Positions 28,425 through 38,714 of a DNA stretch of 45,295 nucleotides are shown piece by piece. The stretch's first letter is position 1. Each line of letters opens with the position of its first letter. The DNA lies in IMG/VR virus record IMGVR_UViG_3300035392_000082, positions 1-45,295 of that record; one strand, written 5' to 3'. The position numbers and the translations under genes were made by a program. The DNA comes from a virus (Duplodnaviria; Caudoviricetes). The notes below the pieces were generated by a model that made no database searches, was not told the DNA's origin, and was given only the letters and a program-made list of their open reading frames with translations.

Positions 28425-30335
28425 TTAATAGATACGGTTTGAGAACATTGTGGGTCGCTGTTGATTGTTTTGCTGACCACTAAAACCAGGACTAAATAGA
28501 CCAGTGTTACCTGGCATTACTTGTACCTGACTCATATACTCAGCTCGTGCTCGTTGTGCAAAGTAATCGCCACTGACGCTTGGATTAATAGTCCGTAGAT
28601 CCAAACCTGCTTTAACACAAGCTTTAGTTAGACTCTCAATAAAACGATTTGTAAATGTTACGATACGTGCAAAACCAGTATAACGAATCTCACCAGAAAT
28701 CACAGACTCAATCATTTTACGACGAGTCGACAGTCGTAGCGGTAGAGACTTACCTTCAAACAAGAATGTATTTTGCCACATGCTACCAGCTTTATTGTCT
28801 TTCTTACCTACAATATTCATAATAGCCAAATAATCGATGTCACTAATATCACGTTTTGTTCCATCTGAATCAATATACCACCCCGTATGTACCCGTTCGT
28901 TATTAATTAGAACTGGTGATTCGTTGGTACTGTAGAACTGGCTAAAGTATCCGCCAGTTAATTTGTCAGCTCCCTTCAAGATACTATTGATAGCGCCCGG
29001 ATGATTAGATGATGCTAATCCAAATGGTGAATTATACCATGTATCAGCTCCGCATTCAGACACTTTTAATGAAAAGTAAATACCTGGAATGAATGTAGAT
29101 TGAATTAAACGACCTAATTCTAATGGTGTAAAACTAGCAGCTTTGGTATCTACGCATGGTCCAAATCCAGATGGGTCATTGAACACATTCCCTTCAATAT
29201 TAATGGCACCAATGTCTCGGATATCTACATCTTTTTTTACAGCGCTCTTAGGACGTGGTGAAAAATACGGGTACCAATTATTGTTCTCACGTAAAACTGT
29301 ACCTGCTACTAGTGCTAACAATTGAGCAGGAATAGTCGTGCGTGTTTTATTTTCCAAGTCAGTGATTACAAACCGCGCAGCAAATTTTGGTTGAGGCGCG
29401 TTGTACATTTGCATTGGTGCAAATCCACTATTATCTAAAGGTGCCCAAATTGGATCAATATAACCACCGATGCTAGCAATCATTTTTGTTCTGTCTTGAC
29501 TATTCAGAGAATAGTTTTGCTGATTACGATTAATGCTGCTAGCGGTCAGTGCAATATTGATATCATTACGAGATGGCAGTCCGGCATAATCAATTCGTTG
29601 TGGCTCGTTGAAACTGATACGTACACCTAATGTAGCATCTCGTTCTAATTGAGTTAAATCAATTTCCTGGAAATCATTTTCTTGAGATTCTATGTATGTG
29701 TAGCAAGGTAGTTGTGCATTCAAAGCTAATGCATGTAACAAATCTTTATTTTCTAGATCAAATCCACGTGGAACAATTTGTGCATCAATTGTCGTCATCG
29801 CGGTATTTGGATATGCGCGACTAACAATTTCACGAACAGTGTTATCGTACAAATCGTTATAAGCATCGCAAGCTGCTCTTTGCTCTTCAAACTGTGTAGA
29901 TGTCTGACCATCGTTGTATGTTTGAATAATTGGAGGGATAGGTTCTCCAGATTCTTCTAAAATCAACGTATGATAAGCTACACCAGTTTGGGGTGATGCT
30001 GTTTTCTTCACGCAAACAATGACTCCAGAAAACGCAAGATTAGTTTCTTTGCAATTATCTACTGGTAACAAAACAACTTCCCAACCTTTTTCAGTATTTG
30101 CTTTATAATACTCGCCTAGTAAATTGATTGTTTTCTGAAGTATTTCAGAACTAGGTGAGCGTGAGAGTCCACCCAGTGATCCGAGTTTCATGAAACTCAT
30201 GCGTGGCATAGATGGTGCGGTTTGTGTTGGAGCGGTTTGCGGATTAGTCTGAAAAATTGGCTGTGCTTGATATGTTGAAGATGCTGGAATAGATGCAGAA
30301 GATTTTGCATTTGGAATGTTACTATTGATAGCCAT
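28425..30335 (-). CDS. chmA: Chimallin, major phage nuclear shell protein (636 aa)
   Basis: Lies between the DNA polymerase block and the gp55-like gene; size matches; low-complexity N- and C-terminal arms; own promoter and AAAGGA RBS at ATG 30335. Confidence 0.82.
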   Translation of the reverse strand: MAINSNIPNAKSSASIPASSTYQAQPIFQTNPQTAPTQTAPSMPRMSFMKLGSLGGLSRSPSSEILQKTINLLGEYYKANTEKGWEVVLLPVDNCKETNLAFSGVIVCVKKTASPQTGVAYHTLILEESGEPIPPIIQTYNDGQTSTQFEEQRAACDAYNDLYDNTVREIVSRAYPNTAMTTIDAQIVPRGFDLENKDLLHALALNAQLPCYTYIESQENDFQEIDLTQLERDATLGVRISFNEPQRIDYAGLPSRNDINIALTASSINRNQQNYSLNSQDRTKMIASIGGYIDPIWAPLDNSGFAPMQMYNAPQPKFAARFVITDLENKTRTTIPAQLLALVAGTVLRENNNWYPYFSPRPKSAVKKDVDIRDIGAINIEGNVFNDPSGFGPCVDTKAASFTPLELGRLIQSTFIPGIYFSLKVSECGADTWYNSPFGLASSNHPGAINSILKGADKLTGGYFSQFYSTNESPVLINNERVHTGWYIDSDGTKRDISDIDYLAIMNIVGKKDNKAGSMWQNTFLFEGKSLPLRLSTRRKMIESVISGEIRYTGFARIVTFTNRFIESLTKACVKAGLDLRTINPSVSGDYFAQRARAEYMSQVQVMPGNTGLFSPGFSGQQNNQQRPTMFSNRIY

Positions 30336-30400
30336 TTTAAATTTCCTTTTAAAAAACTGACATGAAAAACTTTGCAAAGTTTTGGATAAATTAAGTATAT

Positions 30401-30437
30401 CCAAATTAGTAATATGTGGTTTTATTAATCTAGAATC
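30401..30437 (-). promoter_or_regulatory. Repeated early-type promoter of chmA
   Basis: 37 nt identical to 40204..40240. Confidence 0.78.
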
Positions 30438-30665
30438 GATTACACGTTTTCTTATCCGTACAAATGAATATCTGTACAAAATATAGTTCGATCTAATTAT
30501 TTTTAACAACAGGTATTATAGCTCTATGTAAACTAAAAATCTTATTAGGACTTTTAGTGAAGTGATAAGTAAATATCTCTCTACATTATATACTGTCTCT
30601 TTTATTTTTTTACTAATTTAAATATTGTGTAGCAATTTCTAATTAATTAAAATAGGACCACATTC

Positions 30666-31763
30666 ATGTTTGAGCTTTTTACAAATGCACCATTAGTAGA
30701 AGTAGGTGTAATGAAGCCACAGGAGTGGCCGTTTATACAACGAGGATTTAATAAAAATATAAACAAAGTAATTGAGTATCATAAAACATATCCGAAGGCA
30801 GTAAAAAGTAATCACTTTTTAGTTAGGCTATTACAAAGTATCGGTGTTCCAAAATCATTAGAATTAGAACGGTATTATGCATCTGTAGATTCTGTGGCTA
30901 TGAATATTTCCATGCTAATGAAAATGACATCTCCAATTTATAAAGGGTATTTTCATAAAGGAACTTTCTATGGAAACGATAGCCCTGAGTTATTAATAGC
31001 AACCGATGATTATTTTGACTTTGAAGAAGTAGATAGAAACTGGATGAATGTATCAGCTATTACTCCATTGTTACATCCAAAATCTGATCTAGATATTCAT
31101 CTTCCAAATGGTGAAGCATATTCAGCTGAAGCTGGATTATCGGTAATTCTAATTAACATACCGATGTTAGCTGTACAATATAGAGCGTTTAGAAGAGCGC
31201 AAAGATTAAAAGAATTCCCTAAACCCATTACTCAATTCATCGGTGGTTATGTATTACCAAATATGTTATACAAACAAATGGATCTGTGTTTGTTTAACAG
31301 ATTGACAAAAAAATTTTATGATATAAATGATGGTAAGAATGTTTCATTTAGAAATCATTCATTTGTGTTAAGTAGTTATGATTCTTTTATTGACCTAGCA
31401 ATAGTAAAGATATTAAAAAATATAACTAAGACTAGTTTACGATTTGATGTAGCTTTAAAACAAATACCGTCATTTTACAATGAAGATATATACGCTACAT
31501 TAATGTTACCTGACATGGCGCCTACTTCACAAATAGCTTGGGGTTTAGTTTTAACTAGATTGAGTACAGTTAGCTTTTTATTTGATCTGTGTAAAGATCA
31601 TTTAAAAGCCAGAAACCAATCTACTATAAATCAGATACTTAGATCGTTTAGACAAAACAATACATACCAAATGTTAGACATAATGTTACCTGATGAATTA
31701 TATAATGAAGCTCAGGTATACATAGATAATATCTTAGATGCTGTTCATCGAAATACATTTTAA
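30666..31763 (+). CDS. Conserved chimallivirus protein between polymerase and chmA
   Basis: 365 aa, AGGA RBS; synteny only. Confidence 0.6.
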   Translation: MFELFTNAPLVEVGVMKPQEWPFIQRGFNKNINKVIEYHKTYPKAVKSNHFLVRLLQSIGVPKSLELERYYASVDSVAMNISMLMKMTSPIYKGYFHKGTFYGNDSPELLIATDDYFDFEEVDRNWMNVSAITPLLHPKSDLDIHLPNGEAYSAEAGLSVILINIPMLAVQYRAFRRAQRLKEFPKPITQFIGGYVLPNMLYKQMDLCLFNRLTKKFYDINDGKNVSFRNHSFVLSSYDSFIDLAIVKILKNITKTSLRFDVALKQIPSFYNEDIYATLMLPDMAPTSQIAWGLVLTRLSTVSFLFDLCKDHLKARNQSTINQILRSFRQNNTYQMLDIMLPDELYNEAQVYIDNILDAVHRNTF

Positions 31764-31770
31764 AACAAAA

Positions 31771-31819
31771 AAAGAAACCCGTGAGGATTTCTTTACATGG
31801 CACCCTAGGGTGCCATGTA
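31771..31819. terminator. Tandem hairpins between convergent genes
   Basis: aaagaaa...tttcttt stem plus the perfect 26-nt palindrome tacatggcaccctagggtgccatgta. Confidence 0.65.
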
Positions 31820-31821
31820 TT

Positions 31822-32160
31822 CTAGCGGCGCTGCTTCATCCAGCGCTGGAGCCTTTCTTGACCGGACGTCGATGTCCGGTAAATGGCCATCAAGATTGGC
31901 GTAGCGGTGGCGATCAAGCTTGCCAGCTTGATGTACATCGGTGCCAGCACATCGACGACTGCGTCGTCGATTTCTAGTGTATACTCCGCATTGTCAACCC
32001 GTAGGCTGACATTTTTGAACTGCTTCTGGATAGAGCAGTCAACCGCTCTATCCAGTGTCTCTTTCACGGACTTGTCGTCCACGAGACTCAGTTCCACGTT
32101 CATCTTGACGCTCAATGCGTCAATTGAAGAAACGGCGGCGCGGGAAATGATGATCTTCAT
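31822..32160 (-). CDS. GC-rich hypothetical early protein (112 aa)
   Basis: AAAGGA RBS before ATG 32160; visibly higher GC than neighbours; own promoter. Confidence 0.6.
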   Translation of the reverse strand: MKIIISRAAVSSIDALSVKMNVELSLVDDKSVKETLDRAVDCSIQKQFKNVSLRVDNAEYTLEIDDAVVDVLAPMYIKLASLIATATPILMAIYRTSTSGQERLQRWMKQRR

Positions 32161-32228
32161 ACGAAATCCTTTCGTCCACTGTGGGACTGTAAATAAAAGC
32201 ACTCCCAGACGTTCTGAGTATACCTATT

Positions 32229-32266
32229 CAAATTAGTTATATGTGACTGAAAAAATCTAGAATCGA
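32229..32266 (-). promoter_or_regulatory. Repeated early-type promoter
   Basis: Matches the 7507 copy. Confidence 0.7.
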
Positions 32267-32272
32267 ACTATT

Positions 32273-32312
32273 TCATACACCCTATTATCTTAATTGATAA
32301 TAGGGTATATGA
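32273..32312. terminator. Hairpin terminator
   Basis: tcatacaccctattatc / gataatagggtatatga. Confidence 0.65.
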
Positions 32313-32319
32313 CATTTAA

Positions 32320-32994
32320 TTAGAATCTATTTTCACGCATCCATTTAACAGCTATCCATTTTTCACCTATAATAACTGGATCACCGGAGTGTAATGATAA
32401 TGGGTTAACTTGACCTAAATCATTAAAATATTCAAAGTAAGCAGCGCTTCCCTTTTTAGGGATTATTGTTAAATTTAGTTTTGGAAATGTAGTGCCACCA
32501 CCATCTTTTACATCATTCAAATACATTACAAGCGTGCTAACCCTTTGTCCGCTATTAGCTAAATGTATTTTACTACCTGGAATTTCAGGTGGAAAATAAT
32601 CAAAATGCGGTTTATATTCACCACCTGTTTTGTAATATAATACTTGTAAGCCTTCTCCATTTTCCACAGGCCAGTTCATAATTTCAGAAGTTCTTTTTTC
32701 TATATTAATTATAAAATCACTTTCGGTCTTATTAAAGAAAGCTCCTTCGCTAGATCTATTAGTGATAGTTTCCGGAGTACCTGTATCCATATTTACAGTT
32801 GTAGATTTATTGAGTCTATTTTTAGATAATTCAATTAATTTATCACATTCTTCCATTGATAAAAAGTTATCAAATATAGCAGTAACTGGCTCACTCATGT
32901 ACATTGTTAGTTTAACATCCCTATCAAATGTTTTAATGATATTAGTATTTTTACATACACGGGGTTTACTATAAATATAATTAAGCATAATCAT
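32320..32994 (-). CDS. 2OG-Fe(II) oxygenase, prolyl 4-hydroxylase-like
   Basis: EGLQVL.Y..GGEYKPHFDYF, QRVSTLVMYLNDV..GG.T.FP, LHSGDPV..GEKW. Confidence 0.9.
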   Translation of the reverse strand: MIMLNYIYSKPRVCKNTNIIKTFDRDVKLTMYMSEPVTAIFDNFLSMEECDKLIELSKNRLNKSTTVNMDTGTPETITNRSSEGAFFNKTESDFIINIEKRTSEIMNWPVENGEGLQVLYYKTGGEYKPHFDYFPPEIPGSKIHLANSGQRVSTLVMYLNDVKDGGGTTFPKLNLTIIPKKGSAAYFEYFNDLGQVNPLSLHSGDPVIIGEKWIAVKWMRENRF

Positions 32995-33009
32995 TCCTTT
33001 TTAAAAAAA

Positions 33010-35148
33010 TCAATAAAAATCACTCGCATACCTTTTGACTTTATTATCTTGCATATATACGCCAAGGCATTCCAACAAAATATAATATATACTATTTATG
33101 TCACCCATAATCTTTCTGTAATCAATTACTAAGTTAATCTCTTTTGGCATACCTTTATCTGATAATATTTGAGCAGGTATATTAAAAGTAGTAATGTTTG
33201 TTTTACTATTCTTTTTCATATACACAGCTAATCTATTAGCAAAATCTTTATCAACAATATCGTTTAACCATTTCTTCATCTTGGATGGTGAATCTAAATC
33301 AACAGATACTTTAATAGTGTTATAAGGTGGTTCATCCATATAACCATAACTAGGTCCAAATACCTGATTCCACATTACGTGATTTTGATATGGTGATAAA
33401 CTACCTTCTTTAGTATAACTGCCCGGATCTTTAATACTACCAGTTCTAAGATAGGTAAAGTCACCTCTATGAATAGAAGCTACAATTTCTCTTTCAATAT
33501 CAGCTACCTGTTTTAAATATTTTACAGCCGATATCTTTTTACCATCGATTACTGTTTGCATTATTTCATCCATCATTTTTACAGCTGTTTGATTTATAAT
33601 CTTAGGTGCATTTGATGATTTTAAGTATACTCCTTTAATCTCCATCTTTCTTTTTTCAAATACATTTCCCTCTTGACAACTGATAGTAGCAAAGTAATGT
33701 TTACCTAATTGTGTTGGTACAAATACATCAAACTTGAATTCATTTTTCATTTCAATTTGGTGTATTCGCTCTTTTACTATTCCAAAGTTAGCAGACATAA
33801 TTGCTAAGATATGTGCAATTGTAGACGATGCTAAAAAGATTAAAGTAGCCGCCACAGCTGTAGCCTCATCATCAAAACTTACTCCACCTTTATACCAAAT
33901 TACCCAGTCCTGTACAGTAAAAATAGTGGAATCAGTATCCCCAGTTAAAGCAGATCGTCTAATACTTTCAGGAAAATATGCCATACTAGCTGGCATGTTA
34001 TTTGATACAAAAAATACTTTTATGAAATCAGAATATTCGGTTACTACATTTTCAATATTTCTAACCGTGGCAGCTAATGTGATATAAGCTTGTGTACCTT
34101 TTATACCGTTATATTTTTTACCGATTCCTTTTGTTTCATTTGTGCATATTTGGTGAGCTAAGTTTAAATGAGATTCTTGAGCATACTTAATTACTTCATC
34201 TGGATTATCTACAGTAGTTTTTTTAGCTGATAATTTCATTATAAAGTTTCTAATTAAATCATTGTTTAATTTCTTTAAATGATGTAAGTCACCTGTATAT
34301 ACAAATGCGGCTCTCTGTAATGGTTCTAATTTATTTACTAACGATTCTATTTCTTTAAAATAATTTCTTTCCCACCAATATAAATCAGTAGAGTATTTAA
34401 TACATTCTAATGTTTCAATTATACTAGGGATATGTAAATTATATTTATCAATTACTAAACTTAATTGCTCATAGTCAGTATGTGTTACTATTGAAACAAT
34501 ATTATTTAATACAATATCGTGACTCCAATAATGTCTGTTACCACTTAACAGTTTTTCATTATTAGCATTCCCATATCCAGATGTACTTCTACAATTGCTA
34601 GTCAATGTAGAATGTGCAGTAGGATTATATAACGGGTTACTAGGTGAAACGTGTGCTCCAGAAATTGAATTGTTAGCTAATTTTTTATTAGTTTGTTCAA
34701 TCTTTTTTATACTGGCTAATTCCATGTTACCTTCTGCTTCAGCTGCAAACATTGCTTTCTTAGCTACACTTCTTGCCTTTACGTTTCCATCAATATATAA
34801 AGATAATAGAGATGTATTAACGTACGGGTAGACATATGTAGTTAATGTAGGTGCAATTAATTCTTTTTCTTTAATAGCATCATTTAAATATACTGATAGC
34901 TTTGTTTCTACTCGTTCTCTATCACCGTTTTCTTGTCTAACTAAACACTGCACAGTTGGGTCTTTAAATGGAAACTTTCCATCTCTACCTAGCGTTTGGT
35001 GTATGAATTCCATACACTCTTCTAGAGGGCGACCTGTGCTAATATGTAAAAAATTTACAGAATCTTTTACATAGTGATCTAGGATATTTAAATCTCTTTT
35101 ATATTCATCTGGTTTTTTCACAAATGGGTCTACAAATTCTGTATTCAT
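33010..35148 (-). CDS. Family-B-like DNA polymerase subunit (split polymerase, phiKZ gp50-like)
   Basis: KKLANNSISG, GDTDSTIF, KHYF, EIKGV; no exonuclease motifs seen. Confidence 0.88.
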   Translation of the reverse strand: MNTEFVDPFVKKPDEYKRDLNILDHYVKDSVNFLHISTGRPLEECMEFIHQTLGRDGKFPFKDPTVQCLVRQENGDRERVETKLSVYLNDAIKEKELIAPTLTTYVYPYVNTSLLSLYIDGNVKARSVAKKAMFAAEAEGNMELASIKKIEQTNKKLANNSISGAHVSPSNPLYNPTAHSTLTSNCRSTSGYGNANNEKLLSGNRHYWSHDIVLNNIVSIVTHTDYEQLSLVIDKYNLHIPSIIETLECIKYSTDLYWWERNYFKEIESLVNKLEPLQRAAFVYTGDLHHLKKLNNDLIRNFIMKLSAKKTTVDNPDEVIKYAQESHLNLAHQICTNETKGIGKKYNGIKGTQAYITLAATVRNIENVVTEYSDFIKVFFVSNNMPASMAYFPESIRRSALTGDTDSTIFTVQDWVIWYKGGVSFDDEATAVAATLIFLASSTIAHILAIMSANFGIVKERIHQIEMKNEFKFDVFVPTQLGKHYFATISCQEGNVFEKRKMEIKGVYLKSSNAPKIINQTAVKMMDEIMQTVIDGKKISAVKYLKQVADIEREIVASIHRGDFTYLRTGSIKDPGSYTKEGSLSPYQNHVMWNQVFGPSYGYMDEPPYNTIKVSVDLDSPSKMKKWLNDIVDKDFANRLAVYMKKNSKTNITTFNIPAQILSDKGMPKEINLVIDYRKIMGDINSIYYILLECLGVYMQDNKVKRYASDFY

Positions 35149-35383
35149 GACTTCTCCAATTGGTTACATCTCATGTTTGTTTTCTATCTTTTTTACGGCA
35201 TAGAGCCGTATAGACTTTTTGAAGGTCTATACGACTATAACACATAACGACACAAACAACATCTAAAATATTTAAGTATATGCCTGTGGTCAAAAGGAGA
35301 AAATATCCACCGCACATAAAAAAACACTCTAAACGTAATTTGTAAAGAGAAACAACTTCTCTCACAACATATGCATTATTTCT

Positions 35384-35779
35384 TTAAACTGTAGAAATTG
35401 AAATGTCTGGAAAACCATTCATTGCTAAGATGTCTCTAATTTGTGAAATGCTATCTATTGTTACATTGCTAATAGCTACATTAATATTAGTCGTTGTAAC
35501 TATTACTGGTTGATAAGCTATCCAATCCATGGCTAATACTTTAATAGTACCTTCCACAGTTTTGATTTTTACATATATTAAATCTTCAGCACTCCTAGGT
35601 ACACCTGACGGTAAATCCGGATAGACTTGTGCATGAATAGCCACTATATCGTCTACTAATTTAGCAGATGAAAAATCCATAATACCTAGTACAGTTGAAT
35701 TATCATATCTGTATCCTAGTATTCCAGGTGCTCTCATTAAAAAATTATACGATTGCTTAATATTTAAATTATACTGCAT
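35384..35779 (-). CDS. Hypothetical conserved jumbo-phage protein
   Basis: 131 aa, AAGGA RBS. Confidence 0.6.
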   Translation of the reverse strand: MQYNLNIKQSYNFLMRAPGILGYRYDNSTVLGIMDFSSAKLVDDIVAIHAQVYPDLPSGVPRSAEDLIYVKIKTVEGTIKVLAMDWIAYQPVIVTTTNINVAISNVTIDSISQIRDILAMNGFPDISISTV

Positions 35780-35789
35780 GAAATATCCT

Positions 35790-36170
35790 TTAGAAATGTT
35801 TTAGAATTATTTTACCACCTACTAATTTTTTAAAGTAATATGGGTAAATTTCGTTATTATCAATATGATCTATCATCGGTGATATGTTCAATATTCTAAA
35901 CTGCTCTAATAAACTTTGACATAACCATTGATGATGAATCATTAATATCTCTAGATTATTTGAATTTAGGTTTCTAGATCTCAGCAATTGCTCTTTTATA
36001 TGTGACCTAACTTCATCATCACAAAAATAACTATCAGTTATATAATCTATTGCTTGATTGAATAATTCAATTATATCTAGTTCGTTATTAAATAAATCAT
36101 CACATCTAGATTTAAACTCCGAGTATATTGCTCTAACGTTTATTATTATATAAGTCGGAGTATTGTCCAT
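35790..36170 (-). CDS. Hypothetical protein (small acidic cluster)
   Basis: 126 aa, overlapping operon. Confidence 0.6.
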   Translation of the reverse strand: MDNTPTYIIINVRAIYSEFKSRCDDLFNNELDIIELFNQAIDYITDSYFCDDEVRSHIKEQLLRSRNLNSNNLEILMIHHQWLCQSLLEQFRILNISPMIDHIDNNEIYPYYFKKLVGGKIILKHF

Positions 36171-36591
36171 TTTTTATTAATTCCCGTTTAATTTGATCAT
36201 ACAAAATATCCTTTCTCATAAAGTGTATTGAGTCATATCTTCTTTGTTTATATACAAAAGGAAATATACCATTTTGATATAATCCAATTGTTTTTATTTT
36301 ATGAAATATTTCATTTCCATAATATATTAAAAACTTTAATACAGAATCTAACTCACCATAAATGTTACCATTACAAAATTTACTTACTATATCTAAACAA
36401 TAATACTCTATTTCTGTAATGGCTAAATTTTCTTCAATTATACAATTGCAAATTGCATTTAATGTTTCATCATCATTTATTATTAACCCGGTATTATACT
36501 CTAATTCCAATATACCGTAATTTAGTTTATCTATACTTATAATTATATTAGCAGGTGGAATGTAGACCTGTTTTGCATTTAAGTAGAACAA
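36133..36591 (-). CDS. Hypothetical protein (small acidic cluster)
   Basis: 152 aa; start uncertain. Confidence 0.55.
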   Translation of the reverse strand: MFYLNAKQVYIPPANIIISIDKLNYGILELEYNTGLIINDDETLNAICNCIIEENLAITEIEYYCLDIVSKFCNGNIYGELDSVLKFLIYYGNEIFHKIKTIGLYQNGIFPFVYKQRRYDSIHFMRKDILYDQIKRELIKNGQYSDLYNNKR

Positions 36592-36931
36592 TATTACCGC
36601 TCCTTCGTTTAAGATAACCGTACTTAAAATAATCTTTACCTGACATTTTTAGCTCACATAACTTATTTTTTACACTAGTTAGTAATTCACATATCAATGT
36701 ATTTAGATTTACAAAATCATTTGTATCCATTTCCATTCTGTCATTTAATATATTAGATTTCATTATTTCATTAGTATACGTATTTACGTCTGTATTAATT
36801 TCATTTATGAATTTATCTATTACTACTTCTAATAGAGCATCTATATCAATTATTGGGAAATTAGATGTCTTTTCAATATAAGCTAATAAATTATCTAAAT
36901 CATGAAAAGACAATATAATTACTTTATCCAT
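36548..36931 (-). CDS. Hypothetical protein (small acidic cluster)
   Basis: 127 aa, GGAG RBS. Confidence 0.6.
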   Translation of the reverse strand: MDKVIILSFHDLDNLLAYIEKTSNFPIIDIDALLEVVIDKFINEINTDVNTYTNEIMKSNILNDRMEMDTNDFVNLNTLICELLTSVKNKLCELKMSGKDYFKYGYLKRRSGNIVLLKCKTGLHSTC

Positions 36932-37349
36932 CTATATATAACTCCATGTATATTTTTGTTAATCTATCATACGAATTAAAATTTTTTACAATAAAGAACT
37001 TAGATGTTAATAGATTATTCATGTGATCGTTTATAACATTATAAAGACTATTTATGTAACAGCTAAATTCATAAGAATATAACTCTGTTATTGCTGCATC
37101 GGAATGTACGGACTCAACTTCATATACTTCACTGTATTCTGATATGCATGTATCAATAACGTTCATCACTTCTTCAATGAAAATGAGTTGATCATGTTCA
37201 GTCAATTCATAAATTGTCATTAAACAATCTATTAAAGAATTTAATCCATTCGATACAAACATATTAATATATGGAAACTTTTCTTGTAAAATAGTATTTA
37301 AATATCTTAACTCGGATATATTCACTAATAGTTTAATCGAAGTAGTCAT
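36924..37349 (-). CDS. Hypothetical protein (small acidic cluster)
   Basis: 141 aa, overlapping operon. Confidence 0.6.
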   Translation of the reverse strand: MTTSIKLLVNISELRYLNTILQEKFPYINMFVSNGLNSLIDCLMTIYELTEHDQLIFIEEVMNVIDTCISEYSEVYEVESVHSDAAITELYSYEFSCYINSLYNVINDHMNNLLTSKFFIVKNFNSYDRLTKIYMELYIDG

Positions 37350-37728
37350 ATAACTGCCTTTGTATTTTAATCCTAACCAAAGCCCGTTTTACCATTTTAA
37401 ATGTGTATTTGCCTCTACATCTATCATCAGCAAAGTCTGGAATAATTTCAGTTATCTTAGACAGAATTAAACTCACTGATGTATCACAGATCTCTGTTAC
37501 AAATACTTCATTAAAATGATATACGGATAATAATTCACATATTTCTTTGATTCCTGTACCGTAATCTTTATTCGTATTTAATAAAGACTCGACTAACATG
37601 TCTAATACACTCGATACCACATTAGGCTGGTATTCTATATTAGGTGAGTGTAAACTTTTCTCCAGATAAGTGTAAACATTTTCTAATGAAATTAAATAGG
37701 TAAATTCTTTCATTTTAATTACATCCAT
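37333..37728 (-). CDS. Hypothetical protein (small acidic cluster)
   Basis: 131 aa, overlapping operon. Confidence 0.6.
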   Translation of the reverse strand: MDVIKMKEFTYLISLENVYTYLEKSLHSPNIEYQPNVVSSVLDMLVESLLNTNKDYGTGIKEICELLSVYHFNEVFVTEICDTSVSLILSKITEIIPDFADDRCRGKYTFKMVKRALVRIKIQRQLYDYFD

Positions 37729-38413
37729 CTAACCCATCAAATTTATCTTCTTTGATTTTGTCTAATCTCTTTTGCTCCATTAGTGCCCATTGATAAGCCC
37801 TCCAATCTATTGATTTTTCAATTAATATTTTGGCATCGGTTATTTTTGTAAAATATAAATTCCAGTTAGCTAAACCTAAAAAGTTCTTTATAGATTCAGA
37901 AATATTATCATCGTAAATATCTATAATTTTAGAAATTGTTTTATTTAAAACGCTTTTATCTAATTTTATTAAATTACTTTTTATTACATAAGTATCTGAT
38001 TTGCTAGATTTTCTGTATTTAACAAAACAATCGATTTGGTGATTTATTAGACCTTCTAATATTTTTATACCTCTATACGCCATCACAGGTGATGTGCCTA
38101 AATACTTTTCTTTCTTTAGCATGTATATTTTAGGTATAACTGTTTTATCACAATCATTAACCGATGTATACACACAACAATTCAAATCTGTAATATCTGA
38201 TACAGGTATTCTTTTTATGTTACCAGCTTTGTCTATTTCAATGATGTAATACAATAATCCATCTTTCATTACTGGTTCGACTTTATTAATTACATATATA
38301 CCTTTTGGTGCTGGCAATAAATAATCAGCAAATTCATATTCTATTCTATTAGCAGAATCCTCTAGATCAATTTTCAATTTAGATTCTACAATTAACTCAG
38401 AAACATCTGACAT
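37715..38413 (-). CDS. Hypothetical protein
   Basis: 232 aa, GAGG RBS. Confidence 0.65.
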   Translation of the reverse strand: MSDVSELIVESKLKIDLEDSANRIEYEFADYLLPAPKGIYVINKVEPVMKDGLLYYIIEIDKAGNIKRIPVSDITDLNCCVYTSVNDCDKTVIPKIYMLKKEKYLGTSPVMAYRGIKILEGLINHQIDCFVKYRKSSKSDTYVIKSNLIKLDKSVLNKTISKIIDIYDDNISESIKNFLGLANWNLYFTKITDAKILIEKSIDWRAYQWALMEQKRLDKIKEDKFDGLDGCN

Positions 38414-38501
38414 TTAAAACCTCAGTTAGTTTAAAAAAATAAGCTCTAATATAACTCTCAACCATCATTAGTCAAATGATGGCTGAGGTTTATATATTTT
38501 G

Positions 38502-38699
38502 TTAGCCTGTAGATTTGCTGATATCCAACTTCAATCTTTCGATTCTAGTGGTATGATATAACACCATGCTTTTTGCGTACTCCATTCCAGATTGCGCTTT
38601 CAGCAAGTTAATTTCCGCTTCTAACAGTTCTTCAGCTTTCATTCTCAAAACATTCGGTTTACCAAAGGCGTTTTTAATATCCTTTAAAAAGTTCAACAT
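38502..38699 (-). CDS. Small coiled-coil hypothetical protein downstream of phuZ
   Basis: 65 aa, AAGGA RBS, followed by a hairpin at about 38457-38488. Confidence 0.6.
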   Translation of the reverse strand: MLNFLKDIKNAFGKPNVLRMKAEELLEAEINLLKAQSGMEYAKSMVLYHTTRIERLKLDISKSTG

Positions 38700-38714
38700 T
38701 TTAATCCTTAATAA

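Noticed and set aside
30336-30509. N-terminal extensions of ChmA and of the gp68-like ORF sharing KPHITNL
   Set aside because: The shared peptide is the repeated promoter read through in frame; downstream ATGs have proper RBSs.
31738-32236. + strand ORFs 31738-31977 and 31883-32236
   Set aside because: Stay open because of high GC; the promoter and RBS support the minus-strand gene.
35171-35365. 64-aa ORF upstream of the polymerase
   Set aside because: GTG start without a clear RBS and spans a hairpin at about 35208-35234; not supportable.
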